Shown: positions 58,756 through 64,000 of the stretch, piece by piece
Position numbering within the stretch: position 1 is the stretch's first letter
Layout: every line of letters starts with the position of its first letter
DNA from: Thermoproteota archaeon
Lineage (GTDB): Archaea > Thermoproteota > Thermoprotei_A > Sulfolobales > Ignisphaeraceae
Length of the DNA stretch: 64,000 bases
Assembly: GCA_030550585.1 (NCBI GenBank)
Contig: JAUQPB010000002.1
Span: forward strand, 192,001 to 256,000
Direction: 5' to 3'
Notes under the pieces: model-generated
Told to the model about the DNA's origin: nothing
Databases searched by the model: none
Seen by the model: the letters and a program-made list of their open reading frames with translations, nothing else
Made by a program: the position numbers and the translations under genes

Positions 58756-59144
58756 AGCTGGTTACCACAATATATTTTTTAAGTAGACCTAGGTATTTAA
58801 ACCTAATGGTATACCCCAAAGGTTTACTATAAACACGTCTCTAGTGTAGAGCAATATCAATTAAAAATCAAAATAATGCAAAATCTTTTCTCCCCACATC
58901 CAAACATTTCTATGATTGATTCTATTAGATGTAGTCGATACCTATCTGCAATACCCAGGCACCTCATCTCTTAACACACTTCTTTCTCTGTCCCACATAT
59001 GCTGAAATTCATATCTTAGTGAAGATAGCGAAGGAGGTGGAGTCCTTCATAGCGAGCGGTATACATGAGAGTAAATCGTGACCATTGTTATCGTCAAACT
59101 CAAAAACTTTTCTAGGCTTCTCGGTAGATATGTGAAGATATTCT

Positions 59145-60236
59145 ATGGGCTTGGGTATGAGAGGCTATAGAGATAGAGACTTTATAGAAACTTTTGAGGG
59201 GCTCGTATTCTGTGTTATAGGAAATATTCATCCTAGGGGCAGGGTTCTCAGCTATTTAAAGTATGTGGCTAATCTAGAGTCTGGTGTAAGGGTTAAGTGG
59301 TCTAGGAATGGGGTTGTATATGGAAGGATACTGCCATTCTATAGTGCTGTAGGTGTTAAGAGTGTTTTAGAATATTTGAAGAGGAATCATCTAGACTATG
59401 TCGTATTTGATGAGTATAGGGGTGTGGAGCTTATAGAGGTTCCAGAGAACAGGATATCGATTCACTACAAGCCCGAGGAGAGACTGAGTCAAATGGTTAA
59501 GGAGCCTGGCGACCCTCTGGAGAGGCTTGCTGTGGAGCTCGTATCTAGAATATCTAACGAGTCTGGGGTTTCCTTAGAGAACTTTGGTGTAACAGGCTCC
59601 ATACTCCTAAGGATACACAACCTTCGGTATTCTGACATAGACCTTGTTGTGTATGGGGTTGAAAACTCGTATAGAGTTAGAGATGCTTTGAAGAGGCTTT
59701 ACAGCCGTGAAAACTCGGGGTTCTCACTACCATCAGGAGAGACCTTAGAGTCTTGGGCTGCTGAAATATCTAGGATACATCCACTAACAGTTGAAGAGGC
59801 GAAGATTCTATACAGCAAATATAAATGGAATAGAGCTTTGTATAAAGGGAGGCAGTTCTCGATACACCCAGTAAAACTTGAAAACGAGGTTGACGAGGTG
59901 TGGGAGCAGAAGAGGTTTAGATACAGGGGGCTTGCAACAATTAGAGCAAAGGTTGTGGACTCAAGAGACTCTATATTCATGCCAGCAACGTATTTGGTGG
60001 AGGATGTGAAGGTATTGGAGGGCGTTGAAGAGGCCAAAAAGATTAGCAGGATTGTGAGCTACGAGGGTCTGTACATAGATATTGCTAGGGAAGGGGATGA
60101 AATAGTTGCTATGGGAAAGGTGGAGGAGGTTCAAGACATCAAAAGAAATGAAACATTCTATCAACTGACAATAGGAACCTTCGAAGCAGGCGGAAAAGAC
60201 TTCATAAAACCTTTGAGCTGGGTCAAAAGCGGTTAA
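59145..60236 (+). CDS. Predicted nucleotidyltransferase (COG1665-like)
   Basis: RDRDFIET, FCVIGNIHP and GVTGSILL...SDIDLVVYG. Confidence 0.82.
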   Translation: MGLGMRGYRDRDFIETFEGLVFCVIGNIHPRGRVLSYLKYVANLESGVRVKWSRNGVVYGRILPFYSAVGVKSVLEYLKRNHLDYVVFDEYRGVELIEVPENRISIHYKPEERLSQMVKEPGDPLERLAVELVSRISNESGVSLENFGVTGSILLRIHNLRYSDIDLVVYGVENSYRVRDALKRLYSRENSGFSLPSGETLESWAAEISRIHPLTVEEAKILYSKYKWNRALYKGRQFSIHPVKLENEVDEVWEQKRFRYRGLATIRAKVVDSRDSIFMPATYLVEDVKVLEGVEEAKKISRIVSYEGLYIDIAREGDEIVAMGKVEEVQDIKRNETFYQLTIGTFEAGGKDFIKPLSWVKSG

Positions 60237-60343
60237 ATGCAATTAAAAATCTTTGCCAAGGTCAATTAAAAGCATATGAAAAAGAGTTTCAGGGAAGCCC
60301 TAAAATAGTGTTGGTTTGTCACTTTGCTAAAAGGTGTTGATAT

Positions 60344-61576
60344 TTGGTCACCCTACTGACTATTGTGCAAAGAAATTTTAGTAGAAGAAAAATCAGAACG
60401 GTATTAACTATAATAGGCATTTCAATTGGCATTGGGCTCACATTCTCTTTGCTATCAATAACGGCTACAGGTACACAAAGATCAGCTGAGCTCATTAGGA
60501 GGCTGACCGGAGCTGATATAACAATCTATAACGCTACTAGAGGGGCTATGCAACAAGGCTTTGTGGGTAGAAGGATAGGAGGGTTCTTCCCTATGGATAT
60601 GCCAACAAATCTAATCGATCTTAGTATAATTGATACACTTAGCATGATACCCGAAATCGAGGTTATATCGCCTCTCCTATCGTTTAGAGCATATCTAAAT
60701 TCTGTCACTATGGTCACAGTCTATGGTGTTGACATATCCACATATAGAAATGTCTCAAATTTAGATATTGTTGAGGGGGCTTTCCTGCAGAACCCAACTG
60801 CTTTCCAGGTCATCATCGGAAAAAGTCTTTCAGACGACTATAATATCTCTGTTGGGGATGCGATATCACTTCAAGTAGGCAACTCTACATGGAGCTTCAA
60901 AGTTGTTGGAGTATTCCAAAGTGGGGAGAGGTTCCAGGAATACGCTGTTTACATACCTATAGAAGTTGCACAGAATATAACAAATAGTGTTGGTAAGGCA
61001 TCACAAATAATGATTAAGTTGAGGGATCCAAGATACCTATCCGATGTAATACAAGCGATCCAGTCCTCTTTCCCCGGACTTGCAGTTTTCTCACCACTTA
61101 ACATGATTCAAAATGTTCAGCAAGCACTGAACACGATAACAATGTTCTTCTCGTCGATAGGGCTCGTAGCTGTAACTGCTGGTGCATTTGGCGTTGCCAA
61201 CACCATGATTATGAGCGTTGTTGAGAGAACTAGGGAGATAGGGATTCTCAGAGCCATTGGTGCAAGCAGAAGCTTCATACTGATGCTATTTCTATTAGAA
61301 TCCTTTTTAATCGGTTTTATAGGGGGTGTTATCGGGGTGTTAATCGGCATTGTACTCTCATACATTATAGCCCCTCTGGCATCATATAATCTGAGAGGTG
61401 GTATAGTCTCAGCCAGGGGAGTTTTTCAGCAGACATTTTCGGTGTACCCCACCATAACACCTATGAACATAGCTATTGCTATACTGCTTGGGATTGTGGT
61501 AGGGGTTGTAGCAGGGATATATCCAGCCTATAGAGCATCGAAGATAAAGCCTGTGGAGGCGTTGAGATATGTCTAA
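60344..61576 (+). CDS. ABC exporter permease (MacB/FtsX family)
   Basis: RRKIRTVLTIIGISIG, NTMIMSVVERTREIGILRAIGAS and YPAYRASKIKPVEALR. Confidence 0.93.
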   Translation: MVTLLTIVQRNFSRRKIRTVLTIIGISIGIGLTFSLLSITATGTQRSAELIRRLTGADITIYNATRGAMQQGFVGRRIGGFFPMDMPTNLIDLSIIDTLSMIPEIEVISPLLSFRAYLNSVTMVTVYGVDISTYRNVSNLDIVEGAFLQNPTAFQVIIGKSLSDDYNISVGDAISLQVGNSTWSFKVVGVFQSGERFQEYAVYIPIEVAQNITNSVGKASQIMIKLRDPRYLSDVIQAIQSSFPGLAVFSPLNMIQNVQQALNTITMFFSSIGLVAVTAGAFGVANTMIMSVVERTREIGILRAIGASRSFILMLFLLESFLIGFIGGVIGVLIGIVLSYIIAPLASYNLRGGIVSARGVFQQTFSVYPTITPMNIAIAILLGIVVGVVAGIYPAYRASKIKPVEALRYV

Positions 61577-62288
61577 AGTGGACATTGTGATAGTAAAGAA
61601 CGTTGTCAAGGTCTATAGATATGGGAAGACGTTTTTCGAAGCGTTGAGAGGATTGAGTCTAGCAGTGCAAAAAGGTGATATAGTTTGTATCGTAGGCCCA
61701 TCAGGATCTGGAAAAACAACGCTACTGAACATCATAGGTGGGCTAGACAAGCCTGATAGTGGAGAGGTTATAGTTGATGGCATGGATATTACAAGGTTGA
61801 GCGAAAAAGAGTTGAATATGTACAGACTGTACAAGGTTGGCTTTGTTTTCCAATCATTCAATCTAATACCAACACTAACAGTCCTTGAAAATGTCGAGCT
61901 ACCTATGTATCTAGCGAAAATAGATAAGGAGAAGAGGAGGCAGAGAGCATTGGGGCTTCTAAAAGCTGTGGGCCTCGAGAAACTAGCTAACAAGACGCCA
62001 GATGCTTTAAGTGGTGGTGAGCAACAGAGGGTTGCAATAGCGAGGGCACTTGCAAACAACCCATCTATAGTCTTAATGGATGAGCCAACAGCGGCTCTAG
62101 ACACTGAAAACACAAGGGTGTTGATGAACATCATAAGAAAGTTGAATAGGGAATATAATCAGACATTCATAATAGCAACACACGATGTTTTAGTTGCTAG
62201 AGGTTGTACAAAAATATATGGAATTAGGGATGGTAGGATAGAGGGGGTTTATAGCGCATCAGAGATAGGTAAGCTATTCCAGATATAG
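61569..62288 (+). CDS. ABC transporter ATP-binding protein (LolD/MacB type)
   Basis: GPSGSGKTT, GFVFQSFNL, LSGGEQQR and DEPT. Confidence 0.94.
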   Translation: MSKVDIVIVKNVVKVYRYGKTFFEALRGLSLAVQKGDIVCIVGPSGSGKTTLLNIIGGLDKPDSGEVIVDGMDITRLSEKELNMYRLYKVGFVFQSFNLIPTLTVLENVELPMYLAKIDKEKRRQRALGLLKAVGLEKLANKTPDALSGGEQQRVAIARALANNPSIVLMDEPTAALDTENTRVLMNIIRKLNREYNQTFIIATHDVLVARGCTKIYGIRDGRIEGVYSASEIGKLFQI

Positions 62289-62294
62289 CATCTA

Positions 62295-63197
62295 CTACAC
62301 CGCGAACCTCGCTACATATTTGTCTATAGCATCTTCGCTTAGCTCTGTAGAGCCTATGTGAACAAGTCTCCAAATCTCTGTATGGGTATTTACATCGCCT
62401 GGATTAACCGTTTTTAGAGGTCCTAGGGTTTCAAGCTCTAGAATCTTGTCATTTGTGTAGACCTCTATAAATGAGTTGAAGTCTGGATATGGTTCAGAAA
62501 CCTTCTTTGTTTTCTTTACAAATAGGTGTTCATCAACGTAGTAAGCAACCCACGGCTCATGGGCATTCACACCTATTTTTAGGGGATCCAGTGTTTCAGG
62601 GTCTTGCCTAATGAGTATATATCTATCCCCTAGAACAAGCCTTTTATCAGTTAGCTTTGTGTATGGCCATAAAGCTATTGATCTATCCGGCAAAAGGCAT
62701 TTCCCATCTACACATCTAGACCTTATAGGTATTATTGCAACTCCCCTTTGCTTCATTACTGTTAAAGCCCAACAAGAGAATTGTATTGGCCATCTACAAA
62801 TATTCTCAATTTTGTGTACAACCTCTAGGCTGTTGTCGTCAGGGCCTCTTCTAATAACAATTCTCTTCAGCACGCAGTTTTGTGGTTCTGGATTGCCCTC
62901 AACAACTATTTCACCCTCTTTCACATATATTTTAACAGGCTTATCCTCGATGGAATATGAGCGTGGGAAAGCCTCTGGGGAGGTCCATAGCCTATGGCCA
63001 CCATATATTCTCCAAACACCGTCAGGAGTCTCCAAAGAGATTTCGGGAACTACTCCAAAAACATTTAATTCTCTCTTGTCTTTGCGAGCAAGATACAGAA
63101 TACGTGGTCCAATCTCTTTTGCTATACCAACTACAAGGTTACCCATCTCTATAAACAGGACTTTGAAATTATTTAAAACACCTTCTTCTACATGCAT
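62295..63197 (-). CDS. Hypothetical protein (DUF4380/galactose-mutarotase-like fold)
   Basis: GPRIL, YGGHRLWTSPE, EVYTN and LELETLGP..HTEIW. Confidence 0.7.
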   Translation of the reverse strand: MHVEEGVLNNFKVLFIEMGNLVVGIAKEIGPRILYLARKDKRELNVFGVVPEISLETPDGVWRIYGGHRLWTSPEAFPRSYSIEDKPVKIYVKEGEIVVEGNPEPQNCVLKRIVIRRGPDDNSLEVVHKIENICRWPIQFSCWALTVMKQRGVAIIPIRSRCVDGKCLLPDRSIALWPYTKLTDKRLVLGDRYILIRQDPETLDPLKIGVNAHEPWVAYYVDEHLFVKKTKKVSEPYPDFNSFIEVYTNDKILELETLGPLKTVNPGDVNTHTEIWRLVHIGSTELSEDAIDKYVARFAV

Positions 63198-63289
63198 ACT
63201 AAGTCACATGGAGGTTTTGCATACAAAAACTTTTAAATGTTGCGCGCTAATTTCGTGTTGTACACATGTAAACTGAATTGGTGCACCTT

Positions 63290-63979
63290 ATGGTAAGTAA
63301 AGAGCTTATAGAAAAGGCGAGAGAATTTCACGGGCATATATGTCCATTTCTAGTTTTGGGTCTTAGAGCATCTGAAATAGCTATGAAAAGACTTGGTATT
63401 AGCAAAGCCGGTGTTGGAGAGACTATTAGTGAGGATATTGTGGCTATTGTTGAAGCCAATAACTGTTTTGCTGATGGAGTTCAAATAGCGACTGGCTGTA
63501 CTTTTGGCAACAACTCTTTGATGTATATAGATACTGGGAAGAATGCTCTTACACTTTTTAGGAGGGGTAACAGGAGAGGTGTTAGGGTCTACATAGACGC
63601 TCAAAAGCTTAGAGAGAAATACTTTTCTAAAGAGGCTCTCGAGTTATTCCAAAAGGTTGTAGCTGAGAGAAGAGGTAGTAGAGAAGATGTTGAGAAGTTA
63701 CACAGGCTGTGGACTGAGATAGGCTATAGAATGGCTGACATTCCAGAAGAGGAGTTTGTTGTCCAAGAGGTTGAAATTGTTGAGGAGATAGAGAGGGCAC
63801 CGATATTCGAGAGCATTAGGTGTTCCAGGTGTGGTGAGCTTGTGATGGCGCCAAAGATTGTGTATGTTGATGGGAAGCCTCTATGTCTTCAATGTGCAGG
63901 TAGAGAGGCTCTGGCTGTCATAGGAAGGGGTATAACATACACAAAAATCCCATTCAGGTTGGTTCTCCATGGTCCTTAG
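63290..63979 (+). CDS. FmdE/FwdE family protein with C-terminal zinc finger
   Basis: FHGHICPFLVLG, CFADGVQIATGCTFGN and CSRCGE...CLQC. Confidence 0.9.
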   Translation: MVSKELIEKAREFHGHICPFLVLGLRASEIAMKRLGISKAGVGETISEDIVAIVEANNCFADGVQIATGCTFGNNSLMYIDTGKNALTLFRRGNRRGVRVYIDAQKLREKYFSKEALELFQKVVAERRGSREDVEKLHRLWTEIGYRMADIPEEEFVVQEVEIVEEIERAPIFESIRCSRCGELVMAPKIVYVDGKPLCLQCAGREALAVIGRGITYTKIPFRLVLHGP

Positions 63980-64000
63980 AGGGGTTGCTAAAACAACTTT

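Noticed and set aside
57996-58939. TTAGA(T)GTAGTCGAT direct repeat flanking vapBC, a possible insertion scar
   Set aside because: Only 9 exact bases, compatible with chance, and no mobility gene nearby.
62611-63276. 221 aa plus-strand ORF and the many other antisense ORFs in the track
   Set aside because: Shadow frames opposite well-supported genes; Ser/Leu/Ile-rich without motifs.
1-64000. CRISPR arrays, tRNA/rRNA genes, integrases
   Set aside because: No regularly spaced repeats, cloverleaf/T-loop signatures, long GC-rich RNA blocks or recombinase motifs were seen by eye.

Overview
Gene-dense archaeal chromosome segment. AT-rich coding DNA, GGTGA ribosome-binding sites, frequent TTG/GTG starts, an archaeal PEP carboxylase and box C/D sRNAs point to a thermophilic crenarchaeote (Desulfurococcales, Ignisphaera-like; this is an inference). 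Core content: a Dpp/Opp ABC transporter; ppcA and thrC; a Re-citrate-synthase-like / LeuCD-like / isocitrate-dehydrogenase-like operon; a serA-aminotransferase-DUF89 operon; phoU; a MoxR/DUF58 operon; an Fe3+/thiamine-type ABC transporter; purA, sufS, rpiA, mobA and fdhD; sugar-catabolism genes (GH3, TIM-barrel epimerases, IolB-like, glycerate kinase); vapBC; and a MacB-type ABC exporter. Not explained by the ORF track: three clear and one tentative box C/D guide sRNAs; a 19.3-23.4 kb zone of gene debris containing an internally deleted TnpB element with a divergent small ORF; a deletion-collapsed oligosaccharide ABC operon; a deleted SDR; and three genes whose conserved N-termini lack an in-frame ATG/GTG/TTG. 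No CRISPR array, tRNA or rRNA was seen. All product calls are from motif recognition only, without database searches.
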